The notes below the pieces were generated by a model that searched no databases, had not been told where the DNA came from, and was given only the letters and a program-made list of their open reading frames with translations. From positions 35,216,001 to 35,280,000 of the forward strand of contig CM022672.1 in the NCBI GenBank assembly GCA_012295275.1: a stretch of 64,000 bases of DNA. Direction: 5' to 3'. This DNA comes from Chrysomallon squamiferum (lineage: Eukaryota; Animalia; Mollusca). The position numbers and the translations under genes were made by a program. Below, one piece after another: positions 1 to 28,600 of this stretch. Numbering within the stretch: position 1 is the stretch's first letter; every line of letters starts with the position of its first letter.

Positions 1-980
1 AACCACTCGACCGGGCTTTTCAAACGTTTTAGTAGTCAGAACTAGCCATGGTATTGAATATCTGATAACAATAATGTGTGTGAATACTAGGTTCCCAAAG
101 GCAATTCCATTACATAAGATAACAGCTGGTATGGTGACAAAAGCGCTGATGAAATATTTCACGATTTGTTGACCAGATGAAATTCAGTCTGATCAAGACT
201 CAAATCTCATATCGAAATTGTTTCACCAAGTCATGTTTCTATTAGGAATACGTCAGGTTAGTACGTATCACCCTAATTTACATGGTCAAGATTGGAATCA
301 TACCCTATGAACTGGCTGCTAGAGATTCAAAACAAGAATTACTTGATTTCTCCCCACTCGATTTGATATATGGGCACACTGCCAAAGGTCCCTAAAGTCG
401 AGGTAAGTCGACAAGATTTGGGCATATTAATCTGTTGAAGGCTAATCAAGATCAGGCTCCGACGACCAAGTTAACCAGATAGAAATATCTGTTCATCAAC
501 CAGATTTTGTAACTTTCCCAGCACGAATGACATCTCTCTTACATAAGGGTAACAAATTCAGCTGGGAATTAAAGAATATGCTCTGTAAAGCACATATAAC
601 GGCAGCACCCAAACAGCAGCAACCATTCAATCTGGTTGTAGATGCTAGTGATGCTGGTTCTGGGGCACGTCAGTTTCAAGAAGTTTCAGTGTGCCAGACA
701 ACGCAATAATTTCAAGAAAATTTAATATCAACTTAATTATTCAATGCAGAAAAGGAAGCTTTTGGAATGATTCAAGCCTTGAAACATTTTCAAGTGTACG
801 TGAAGTCACACTTCAACCAGTAACTGTCTATACGCATCATAATCCCGTTACTTTCATAAATCGTATGAACAAAACTAATCAAGGAGTTTAACATTGGAGT
901 TTAATCTTTCAGGAGTACCCAGTTACCGTAAAGCATAGTGCTGCAACTAACAACACCATTGCGGGTGCTCTTTCAAAAAT
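1..980 (+). mobile_element. Degenerate Ty3/Gypsy LTR-retrotransposon pol fragment: integrase core followed by RNase H (Gmr1-like domain order)
   Basis: About 85-280 translates, with breaks, as integrase-like FPKAIPLHKITAGMVTKALMKYFTIC*PDEIQSDQDSNLISKLF...STYHP. About 620-975 gives RNase H motifs PFNLVVDASDAGSGA, AEKEAFGMIQALKHFQVY, VTVYTHHNPVTFINRM and HWSLIFQEYPVTVKH...IAGALSK. Many stops and frameshifts. Confidence 0.85.
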
Positions 981-1154
981 AATGTTGTTTTCCCTTGCTT
1001 GTGTCTTTTGTTTAGGGTTATAGGCTTGATGTCTATTGTCAACCCATTGGGAAACCAGGGAAGTAATAACTAACATCTTACTGAAGCTGAAACATTGATA
1101 TCGTTACTCTTTTTCTCCAATGTTTGACATATTATGTATTATATACCTTGCTTC

Positions 1155-1213
<59 letters not shown>

Positions 1214-1295
1214 GTGCTTTTTTCTATTATATTATAAGATTCCAGAAAATGTTCATACCTGAGATTTCCTATTTGTTTCTAAATTTATGGAAAGG

Positions 1296-1648
1296 TGTTT
1301 CACGGAATTCAGATTGCGTAACAAATTTATCTTTCTGACACTTTAGCACTCTTAATTTCTGCAACCAATGTATGCACTCTACGGGTTTGTTTTAAAGATT
1401 TGGCACTTGGTAAATAAAGAGAGAAGGACAAGTCCAACACGAGCGCTCAGTCAGGTGAGGAACCAGAGTTTTTCAATGAATTTGTCTTTAAAGACGAGTA
1501 TGGGAAGCCATTGTCTGCTCTTATTTTGATAGATTATAATTTGCAATTGACCTCCGTCAGTAACATTTAATATTAATAAAATTTTAAGTTTTTAATCTGC
1601 CCTCCGTGCAGATTCTTATTTTATCTTGGTTCCCCTTATGACGTTACT
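1296..1648 (+). mobile_element. Possible 3' LTR of the Gypsy remnant
   Basis: Purine run GGAAAGG (PPT-like) just before TGTTTCACGG, internal AATAAA sites, end resembling ...GACGTTAC. No partner LTR in the window. Confidence 0.3.
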
Positions 1649-2333
1649 CGTATCATAAATCAAAATTATTTAAAATTATACTTTATATATAATTATTATC
1701 AATTCATCTTTATATCGCAATTACTTAGTTCATAATAACATAGCACTTACAACTCATGTTTATCATAATAATTTACATCTTGTTGCTTTATTAATCTCTG
1801 ATATCAGTTCATGAGTTCTTCTAACTCGTCTGTGTCAGTTATGTGAGGCGCCATGAACATAAACAAAACAACACATTTTTTTTAGTTTATTATGATTCGT
1901 TCATTCAAATCTTTCCTAACTGGTTAGTGTCGGTCTGAAGAATGTACTCTTCATTAGACGATGGCAGTCATCATAATTTCTCTCCAATAAATAAAAGTAG
2001 TCTCCGTTATTTTATGATTGCAACATTTACACTGTTGCACACAGCGCTCCATTATTGTAAGTGAATCAGCATCTTGAGTCTCATATAAATAAAGTTAGTC
2101 TTATTCTTGTACGACTTTCAGTTTTGTTTCAGCGGAGCAACACACTGAAACGTATTCACAAGTCCACAAAATATGCTTCACTAATACTTGGTTATGTTTA
2201 TTTCCAACGTAAAATATTACAATACTTTCAGTTCTCAGCTGAACTCCAACTGTTTATAACAAAGATAATGAAGAATATCTGAGCAGTAAAGAACTGTTGT
2301 GATGATATTAATATTAAAATAGTTTAATCTTCA

Positions 2334-2955
2334 AACGAGACTGTTACTAAATATTCACAATGAATACATAAATAACTTACTGTTCTAACGAGACTGTTAC
2401 TAAATATTCACAATGAATAGATAAATAATTTACTATTCAAACGAGACTGTGTTATTAAATATTCACAATAAATACATAAATAACTTACTGTTCTAACGAG
2501 ACTGTGTTACTAAATATTCACAATGAATACATAAATAACTTACTGTTCTAACGAGACTGTGTTACTAAATACTCACAATGAATACATAAATAACTTACTG
2601 TTCTAACGAGACTGTGTTACTAAATATTCACAATGAATACATAAATAACTTACTATTCTAACGAGACTGTGTTACTAAATATTCACAATGAATAGATAAA
2701 TAATTTACTGTTCAAACGAGACTGTGTTATTAAATATTCACAATGAATACATAAATAACTTACTGTTCTAACGAGACTGTGTTACTAAATATTCACAATG
2801 AATACATAAATAATTTACTGTTCTAACGAGACTGTGTTACTAAATATTCACAATGAATACATAAATAACTTACTGTTCTAACGAGAAAGTGTTACTAAAT
2901 ACTCACAATGAATACATAAATAACTTACTGTTCTAACGAGACTGTGTTACTAAAT
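2334..2955. repeat. 55-bp minisatellite, about 11 copies, 3' of the receptor gene
   Basis: Unit AACGAGACTGTGTTACTAAATATTCACAATGAATACATAAATAACTTACTGTTCT. Confidence 0.95.
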
Positions 2956-3174
2956 TGACAATGAGCCTTTCTGTTAAACTGGAATTGTCCAGGTATCTAG
3001 AAATCTATTTACATGTCTATTATATATACACATATATATTACTGTTTTATTTTTTTTCGTATGGAGATAATTAATAAATCATTTTACCATTACCCATAAA
3101 ATCTGTGTTTGAACGTGGTCTATGTTTTTGTGTGTGTGTTTGTGTGTGTTTGTCTATATATATATATATATATA

Positions 3175-17912
<14,738 letters not shown>

Positions 17913-18456
17913 AGTGAAAATGTTTCGTAGAGAAACAAACCAGGAAGTAAAACTGCGAGTTCAGACAAGACTCTTGTCATCACTCAACCAATGAGAAAAA
18001 CACGATGTAATATATTCTGGTACAAAGTTCATAGCAGAGGAATGTTAAGTTAAACACACTGAGGTTAAATTTGGATCTCATTCTGAAATTATATCACAAT
18101 AGACAGAAAACGTTTAATATGTTTTCTCTTAGCAGACAGGTATCACAATACCCCTGTATTGTAAACTGTTATATACAAATATAAAACATATCATAGAATA
18201 CAGACACGTATACACATGTACATATATTAACACACACGTACAACAGAAATACGTACATACATACATACACACATATATATGTTTTTGTGTATGTGTGTGT
18301 ATATACATATTTATATATATATATATATATATATACACGTACAACAGAAATCATACATACATACATATATATACATACATACACATATACATGTGTGTGT
18401 GAAATACAGATAATAATAATAAAAATTGTAGTATTTAATGTAATATAAAGGTATTA

Positions 18457-19252
18457 CCGTATATACTTGTGTACAAGGGGACCTTATGTATAAGTCGATG
18501 TGTATTTTAAGACCAAAAATTGCGTTATTTTAGGTATTACTTGTGTATAAGTCGACTGTAGATTCCAGGCACCATCACTATTTTTAGACCAGTGTGACAG
18601 TGCCATGAAGGCCTACATTGTACGCCTACTGTAACATAACTTGCACGAGCTCTAACTTGCACGAACATACCATAATAACGTAAATGCATGTATTACACGA
18701 GCTATTGCCTAAATGTATCATAAATAGTATCTCTTTAATGTAATAGGTCTAACTTACCGTTATATTTAGCCGTTCTATGATTTACAAAATGTGTCGGTAG
18801 TGGATATTAATGACGATTGTAATATTATTTCACCAAATTCTTTACAATTAAACAAGTCGGTTTTGTTTATGAAATTAGGACCGATATTTAGTGCAATTTG
18901 GCAGAGAAGTCTGCATTCCTAGATCATTGCAAGACGCCGTAAGGCATAACGCCGTACTGACGGTTTTCTCGCTTTAAAATGTATTTTTATGTCATTAAAC
19001 GGAAGAATATCATGTTTTACATTCATATTTGATTTTGTTATTTAATTTTTCAAAATTATTTATACGATAAAATTATATTTTTGAAAAGCTGAAAGACCGC
19101 GATTATTTTAGATGCATCCCATAGCAAAAAATAGTCAAACTGGCGACACTTCAGCAACAGCTACAAAAGCATTACCTATGTATAAGTCGACCCCCAAAAT
19201 ATGACCTTAATATAGTCTCCCAAAAATTCGACTTATACACAAGTATATACGG
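18457..19252. mobile_element. Non-autonomous Tc1/mariner-superfamily (pogo-like) MITE, about 800 bp
   Basis: TIRs CCGTATATACTTGTGTA... / ...TACACAAGTATATACGG, TA target duplication on both sides, internal subterminal TGTATAAGTCGA repeats. Confidence 0.85.
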
Positions 19253-19934
19253 TATTAATACACCAAAGTATGTGAAATAAATACCACAATGATACATAAT
19301 CTTGTACTTCGCCGTAAGTTTTCTTCCAGACATAACAGAGGACTAGGTCGAGTGTAGTGAAAACAGATCAGTTGACTCTTCTATAACGAGACAAAAGTTT
19401 CATGCTAAGAGTTCAGTACTTAATGTCATTCACATCTATGAATAAATGTTTGAAAAGAACTGGTGGAGTTTGTAGACTATTACAATGCTATTTGATGCAC
19501 TTTCTTCCGTGTTTGTTTCTCTTTGAAAAATCTGCTCGGATGAAACCGAACGAGTACAATAACACTGGGTAAAGTGTCTACATTCTCTCTTTCCGTTTGT
19601 AAAACTGCATTGAGTTCATAAAAAGGAAGCGTAGAAAAAATAGGTCACAGCGTTTTGCAGACGAAAGTGCCACATGTCATGACCTCATTCTGACATTCCC
19701 GGTAAATGAAATCTCACTCAAAAAATGTTCACTATCAGTGTATTTGCACTTTTCCCATGAGCGCCTGGAAATAATAAATAAATGAAATAAAAATCAAAAC
19801 ATATAAATTAAAATAAAATATTTACATGTTTTCAGTAATAATGTCTATATTTATGTTATCGTAACAAGTACTAATAACTATTAGTTATTGAATGTATACC
19901 AAAAATTAAGACAATTTTAACCTGTGTTCCAGTA

Positions 19935-20052
<118 letters not shown>

Positions 20053-21192
20053 AAATTTGAAAAGATCGAATAAATTTGTTTTCTGTAATAATAAAACTAA
20101 ATAATAATTATAGAGCAGACGTCTATTCAGAAATATAGAATGTCGTTACAGTTATATATGTATGTATGTATGGATGTATGTATGTATGTATGTATGTATG
20201 TATGCATGCATGTATGTTTGTATGTATGTATATACATATATTAGTATGTATATACATATATAAGTATGTATGTATATGTGTGCATGTATGTATGTATGTA
20301 TGTATGTATTTCATTAAATAATATAAAGTCTATTTTTTCAACAGCACCTTCGTCAGCATAAACATCTTTTTTTACTGTTCATCTTGACTCGTGGTATCTG
20401 ATATTTTTTTTTATTATTATTATTATTACTACAACATTTTCAACATCATCTTCGTCTATTTTACGTTTCTAGTGGCTGTGTTCTGTGCCGTCGTGGTCGT
20501 TGTTGTTTTATAATCACTCTTGTCCATTGTCATTTTACATTTTTACAGTATATGTTATCCCTGTTTTGTTATTTTAATTAAAATATTTCCTGCCATCGTG
20601 AATGTTGTTGTGGTAGTTGTTCTTTTTACTTTTGTAATTAGTATTTTATTATTTTATTATTTCTAGTTGTTGTTGTTGTGTGTAGCAATACCGGATCACT
20701 TCAGTCTATATTTTGTCTTCACAAGATTATTCGTGCGCGCTTTCATCATTTGTGTGACAACAAGTTTTCTGATTTCTACCTTAAAATCCAGTCTAATACA
20801 AACAAGTGATATTTCAATAATTTGGACTTCTTCAAGTCTATGACGACAACTTCAGCTTGCGTCTGTGACGTCATGTCCAGAGTTCTTCTTTCTCTGCGTT
20901 CTGCTTCTGTTTCTTCTTTTTTCTTTTTTTTTTTGGCCACAAACTCTTCCTTCCTAAACCAAACCTCACTCTTTAAACATTTTTTACCAGCAACGAATAT
21001 CCAATTTATCATGTGATCCTGAAATAAAAATAAAATAAGGAAATAAATAAAATAAAATAAGTAAATAAATAAAGTAAAATAAATAAAATAAAATAAAATA
21101 AAGTAAAGTAAAATAAATATATAAATAAATAAATAAATAAATTATGATACAAGCTTAAGTTTCTTGTCAGATATATATTTATATATATAAAT

Positions 21193-21252
<60 letters not shown>

Positions 21253-21311
21253 GTAAATAAATAAATAAGTATTTCAATTTTCAGTAGCACGTTGTGCGTG
21301 TGTGTCCATCT

Positions 21312-21812
21312 GTCTTTTTATATTCTTATAAGACCGTTTTCAAACACGTTTAATTTAGACAATAAATAAGAAATAGCAGTTTTTCAAAGAAGTATTTGTG
21401 TGTGTGTGTGTGTTCGACAGTCTTTTTATATTCTTATAAGACAGTTTTCAAACACGTTTAATTTAGACAATAAATAAGAAATAGCAGTTTTTCAAAGAAG
21501 TATTTGTGTGTGTGTGTTCGACAGTCTTTTTATATTCTTATAAGACAGTTTTCAAACACGTTTAATTTAGACAATAAATAAGAAATAGCAGTTTTTCAAA
21601 GAAGTATTTGTGTGTGTGTGTTCGACAGTCTTTTTATATTCTTATAAGACCGTTTTCAAACACGTTTAATTTAGACAATAAATAAGAAATAGCAGTTTTT
21701 CAAAGAAGTATTTGTGTGTGTGTGTTCGACAGTCTTTTTATATTCTTATAAGACCGTTTTCAAACACGTTTAATTTAGACAATAAATAAGAAATAGCTGT
21801 TTTTCAAAGAAA
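21312..21812. repeat. About 104-bp tandem repeat, about 5 copies, with variable (TG)n
   Basis: Unit GTCTTTTTATATTCTTATAAGAC.GTTTTCAAACACGTTTAATTTAGACAATAAATAAGAAATAGCAGTTTTTCAAAGAAGTATT(TG)nTTCGACA. Confidence 0.95.
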
Positions 21813-21871
21813 TATGTGTTAGTATGTGTGTGTGTGTGTGTGAGTGTGTATATGTGTGTGTATGTGTATGT

Positions 21872-21917
<46 letters not shown>

Positions 21918-22085
21918 CTTCTGACGAAAACACTATCAAGCCGGTTTGTTAAATAAAAGAAAGAAAGTAAAGAAAAAAGAAAGAATAAAATACAACACAA
22001 TGCATCGACATTATCACCACAACAACAACTATAATAAGTAGAGAAAGATATTGTTCTAAAAAAAATTTGTTAACCACTATTATTA

Positions 22086-22142
<57 letters not shown>

Positions 22143-22307
22143 CAATGCAATAATAATAATAATAATAATAATAATCATAATCATAATATATAAATTAACT
22201 TTATAATTAATTAAAATAAACTAAATATTTTGGAAAAATAGCTAAAAAATTAATAATAAAACAAAAATAAAATAAATCACATTCTCTTTTGGATATACTG
22301 AAACAGA

Positions 22308-22368
<61 letters not shown>

Positions 22369-23137
22369 AAAGTTGTGAAAGTAATTTAAAAAAATGAAAT
22401 AAAACTAAGTTAAAAAAAAAAAAAAAAAAAAAACTTTGAAATTATCTATAATAATGTGAAAGATATCGCATTTCAGTTTTCAAAAATCCACTTTTCGTGT
22501 TTCGGTATTTTGTACGTTTTTAACTTTCAAAAAAACAGTCACCAAAAAACTTCTATTCACTGTTCTATTAACTGAAGTGTTCTTTTTATGAAGACCTTAC
22601 TAGACGCAGACTTACCTAATTAAATATTTGTGTTTTGGCCTGTTTCAGCTGGTATTTAAACGTAAGATCATGCTGAGTAAGAGTTGTCGTTCGTGAATAA
22701 TTTTTTTTTTTTTTTTTTTTTTTTTTCTATTACTTTGATGTTTATTTTTGCAGACGACAAAATAGAGTTGTCGTTCCTGAGGGGTTATTTTTCACAGATA
22801 CCGCTTCACTTCAAATGGCAAATAAACAATAATAAAGGGTTATTTGTCAAATACAAGGCAGAGTGTGAAAGGTGACAGATCAATTTAAATCATTTATTCA
22901 GCATAATCGGCAGCTTTAGTTCTTTTTATTTTTTTACTAACTGTTCTAGCATTCAGTAATCATTTTTGCCTATTTCCCTCTCTCGCTTTAGTTTAGGATT
23001 TTCAACTACGTCTTTATGACAAATTCGCCTAACAGAATAAACTAAATATATAGTAGATTAGCGTAATACACTGAGGTTGTGATTTCTGTTGAAATGAAAA
23101 ATTCTGGTAAAATAATAACAAGCAAGAATTTAAAATT

Positions 23138-23190
<53 letters not shown>

Positions 23191-23568
23191 CAGTAAACAA
23201 ACACAAAACACAACAACAATAATTCTTTGGTTAGAAAAGTTTATAATGGAGCAGATATGCAATGTTGTTTATTGGAGATGTCACCTTTGCTCCTTAAACC
23301 AAAGAGGCCTTTTTTCAGGTTTTTTGTTTTTGTTTTGTTTTTCTTTACATAATTATTATTATATTACTGTTGCTATGTTTTCAAAATCTATTCCCATTCA
23401 TTCAAATTTATTCATTGTTTTCCTGCAGTCACAAAAATAATGGCTGAAGTTTTGTTAATTTTAGTAGTCTGCTGTCTGTTTATTTTTCTTTTCTTTTTAA
23501 ACATTTTTTATTTTTATTTCTATTATTATTATTGGTTTTTTATTATTGTTGTTGCTATTATTATTATA

Positions 23569-23635
<67 letters not shown>

Positions 23636-25080
23636 GTGTATATTTACAATCTCGATGTTTTTATTTAATAATAGTCATTGTTATTTGTGTACGTGTTCGT
23701 TGGGGTTTCTGTATCAAGGGAGATAACTCCAACATTACACAACTATAATTTATTCTGTATTAATTATTAATTTTTGTATCATGTAAATAGTGAGACTTTT
23801 TCCTCAACATGGTCCTAGTTGTAGTCTAACCTGTAACTGACATGGTTTAGTGAAAAGCTGTGAGCCAGTCTATGGATGAATGTGTGTGACAGGATGGACA
23901 AACAAGATACTGCTTAGTGTACAGTCTCCAGCATACAGATTCATAGGTAACAACACTATTGGCCAATACCAGTGTACATGTCTAAATGATTTCAGAACAC
24001 TGGTGCAGAATGTTTAGTTGAGTTGAATATTTCCATGAAATTCTAAGACTTATGTTTTTAATAATAGAATAATAAAATAATATATAAATAGGTAAATAGT
24101 AATAATTTTAATAAAAAAAGTATTATTAGGTAAATAGTAATAATTTTTTAATTTTTTAAAAGACTATTAAATTAGTTGTTATTAGACTGGATTTTAGTGT
24201 TAATATTTTATTATTTTTAAACATAGACTTAATAAATAAATAAATAAAATTTAATAAAATAAAAGTTTTAAAGAATTAAATATTATATATTAAATAAATA
24301 AAATAAAATAAAAAGTTTTTTTAAAAAAAAGTTGAAAATCATGTAACAAAAAAATCTATTCAAAAACAAAGCCCAGACCTTTGAGTCTTTTGAAGACATA
24401 AGCTGTTGATAACTGAAGACATTCAGTCTATAATTAATAAGTCTGTTACAATCACTTTGTGAAATATGCCAGTGAAGACCATTAATCTGGATACATTAGT
24501 ATTAAATGTGAGAGAAACTTGATGTTGTGTAATTTCAGGTAACTGGTAAACTGGCCTGGTTGTTTTACGCATGATGTTAGCTTCATACACTCTCAGTAAA
24601 TTATCATCAGTCAACTACAGCTATTACAGCCCCTCCCACAGCTTTGAGAGGTTTTCTTCTTAGTCTGAGAGAGATTCAGACTTCGTAACACATCGCTGTT
24701 ACTTTTTTTTTTTAAATTGAATTGTTAAAATGTTTGTTTGCATCCTTACTGTACTTATTTATATAAAAATAAATAGTAAAACACATTACAGAATGAAGAA
24801 AACATTTCCAAAATGTTTTTAATGTAAACGATTAGAAATAATATGCTTTGTTTAGGGTTTTTTGGGGGGGGTTATTACTCCTTTCTGATATTCTAACATA
24901 CTTGTTTTAATTAATAAATAATTACTTACTAATGAATTAAGTTGAGAACTGGTTTATACTGACATCACGTGCTGGTTGTTGTTTGCTGTCTGTGCAAGGC
25001 ACAACTGGATTTGAAGAATGTAAAATACACACACATTGTTAATATTTCATTTTACATACTGAAACAAACATGTTTTTATT

Positions 25081-25182
25081 CTAACCCAAACCCTAACCCA
25101 ACACAACCCAAACACTAACGTAACCCTAACCCAAACCCTCTACCCCAACCCTAACCCTAAACCTTACACTTACCCCTAACTC
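25081..25182 (+). repeat. Degenerate telomere-like (CCCTAA)n tract
   Basis: Several CCCTAA, CCCAAA and ACCCTAAC units. Confidence 0.7.
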
Positions 25183-25650
25183 ACCATAATTTTATTCAGG
25201 AATGTAAATAAATAAAATTAAAACTTACTAACTTTCCTAAGATACACAGATGTACAGATAGACAGACAGACAGATGTATAGATTAGACAGATTTTTCACC
25301 TATCTTGTAGATCTGATGTGATACTGGATTTCTCCTGAATGTCAGATGAAGTAAGCAACACTGACAGTTAGTGTTCACTTTTTACCTGTTTGTACTGCAA
25401 ATGGAACAAGTAAGTTGCAGATAATTATTTAAATATTGTAACTATGAGATAACAAAAGCCAGTGATAACACTGTTTACCTGTAGCACTTTCCATTCATTA
25501 ACAGCAGTTAACAGAGTATGTTCTTCAGACTGGTAAATGAAGGTTCATTAAACATTTTTTTTATTATAAATGTTGAAAAATTAAGACAAGAGGTGGATAG
25601 AGAAAAACTCCTTTATTCTTAAAACAAAAAGCAAAAAACAAACAAAACAC

Positions 25651-28600
25651 TCAAGAAAAAGAAAATAACATTATCATATTCCACTTCTGGAACTGAGAAA
25701 ACATCTCCTGGAATAAAATAAAAAATAAAAAACCTTAACTCATTAAATAATATGAAATTATTCTGGAAAACAGTTAAACAGTGAATAGTTTTCTCAAACT
25801 TTATCTCTCATTTTTATCAGCAGCATTACTCTTTAATATGTTTTGAAAGTATAATTTAATATTTCAACATGAATTATGTGAAAATTAATGCATATTACTG
25901 CTCAGTATTTCTTTGAAAGGTTTATTTAATATTTCACTTCATTTCTGTGAATCTAAATGTTCGTGTTGTCATCTCAGTTGAGGTGGGCAGGAAATATTTT
26001 TTATTGATAATTTCCAGTTAAAATGCTTCAAAGAAAGTAATGTGTACCAATTATGAGAATTTTCTGTTTATATGCAAATCAGTTTTTTTCAGGTAGACAG
26101 CTGTTGTTTTTTTTTTGTTTTTTTTAACTTAAAAATGTGTATGTGTCCATGTGAAAGAGCACTAAATTTTTGCTTCTGATTGTATAAAAAGATCACAAAC
26201 CTTGTGCTTTGAACAAAACAAATAAAAATACTATAAAAATAAAAAACAGTGTCACTAGCATCTTCAAATGTAACTTTTAAAAATTAAAACAGCAGACAGT
26301 AAATATTTCACGTCAACGAAACAAATCCAGATTTGCACCAAACAATCAAAAATGCACCCATACTTAAAATCATCTTCTAACTTTCACTGAAGAAACAACA
26401 CCAAAATTTTGCTTCTGATTTTGTAAATATTGACATCACTAATGACCTCAAGAGCAACAACCTTGTGCTTTGAACAAAACAAATAAAAATACTATAAAAA
26501 TAAAATACAAACCGTGTCACTAGCATCTTCAAATGTCATCTTTTAAAAATTAAAACAGAAAATAGTAAATATTTCACAAGCATGTGAACAGAACAAATAC
26601 AGATTTGCATCAAACATCTACCAAGGTAAAATAAAAACTGATTTATAAGGCAAACGAACTCTTTACATCTAAATGTATCCACTCACAGGAGGCTGAGGGA
26701 TGCGATGATCAATTTGGTATCCACTCACAGGAGGTTGAGGGATGCGATGATCAGCTTGGTATCCACTCACAGGAGGAGGTTGAGGGATGCGATGATCAGC
26801 TTGGTATCCACTCACAGGAGGTTGAGGGATGCGATGATCAGCTTGGTATCCACTCACAGGAGGAGGTTGAGGGATGCGATGATGAGCTTGGTATCCACTC
26901 ACAGAAGGAGGTTGAGGGATACAATGATGAGCTTGGTATCCACTCACAGGAGGAGGTTGAGGGATACAATGATGAGCTTGGTATCCACTCACAGGAGGAG
27001 GTTGAGGGATGCGATGATCAATTTGGTATCCACTCACAGGAGGTTGAGGGATGCGATGATGAGCTTGGTATCCACTCACAGGAGGTTGAGGGATGCGATG
27101 ATCAGCTTGGTATCCACTCACAGGAGGTTGAGGGATGCGATGATCAGTTTGGTATCCACTCACAAGAGGTTGAGGGATGCGATGATCAGCTTGGTATCCA
27201 CTCACAGGAGGTTGAGGGATGCGATGATCAGTTTGGTATCCACTCACAAGAGGTTGAGGGATGCAATGATCAGTTTGGTATCCATATGCTCCAGGATACT
27301 GAGGATCTGAAACATAAATACAATGTAAAATCTAAACAATGTCCTTTCAGCTGATTAAATGTCCGTATTCTTTTAACACAAATTTACAGAAAGAAAACTA
27401 ATTCTTACTTTGAACTATATTACCAGGAGTGAACACAGTAAAGTCTCACAGAAAGAAAACTAATTCTTACTTTGAACTATATTACCAGGATGTGAACACA
27501 GTAAAGTCTTGAAAGAAAACTATCCACTTTGAACTATATTACAGGAGGAACACAGTAAAGGAAAGAAAACTAATTCTTATTTGAACTATTTACCAGGTAT
27601 CACAGTAAAGTCTTACAGAAAGAAAACTTGAACTTGACCAGGGATGAACACAGTAAAGTTTTACAGAAAGAAAACTAATTCATATTTGAACTATATTACC
27701 AGGAGGAACACAGTAAACTTAAATAAGAAAACAATTTAAAATTACCAAAACAATGTCCTTTCAGAAAGAAAACTAATTAAACTATATCCCAGCAGTGAAC
27801 ACAGTAAAGTCTTACAGAAAGAAAACTAATTCTTACTTTGAACTATATTACCAGGAGTGAACACAGTAAAGTCTTACAGAAAGAAAACTAATTCTTACTT
27901 TGAACTATATTACCAGGAGTGAACACAGTAAAGTCTTACAGAAAGAAAGCTAATTCTTACTTTGAACTATATTACCAGGAGTGAACACAGTAAAGTCTTA
28001 CAGAAAGAAAACTAATTCTTACTTTGAACTATATTACCAGGAGTGAACACAGTAAAGTCTTACAGAAAGAAAACTAATTCTTACTTTGAACTATATTACC
28101 AGGAGTGAACACAGTAAAGTCTTACAGAAAGAAAACTAATTCTTACTTTGAACTATATTACCAGGAGTGAACACAGTAAAGTCTTACAGAAAGAAAACTA
28201 ATTCTTACTTTGAACTATATTCCCAGGAGTGAACACAGTAAAGTCTTACAGAAAGAAAACTAATTCTTACTTTGAACTATATTACCAGGAGTGAACACAG
28301 CATAAAGTCTTACAGAAAGAAAACTAATTCTTACTTTGAACTATATTACCAGGAGTGAACAGTATGAAGTCTTACAGAAAGAAAACTGATTCTTACTATG
28401 AACTATATTCCCAGGAGTGAACACAAACCCATTTATTATCTCCACTGGCAAGAAAGGTGCAGTAGTCTGAGCAGTCCTGGGGTAAACAGGGGGTCCCTGA
28501 TAAGGGATGGCTGGGTCAGGGGCTGCATCATCACCTGGGGATAAATAAAACATAAATCTTCACTGATTACTGTTTGTACAGTCATATAATTAAAACAAAT

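Noticed and set aside
23700-23970. Possible Helentron/MITE-like fragment (AAGGGAGATAACTC motif; similar motif near 57035)
   Set aside because: Too degenerate to define ends without a repeat library.
26705-27310. Plus-strand 201-aa ORF (MISLVSTHRRLRDA)n
   Set aside because: Antisense shadow of the 3n repeat; splice signals and phase support the minus strand.
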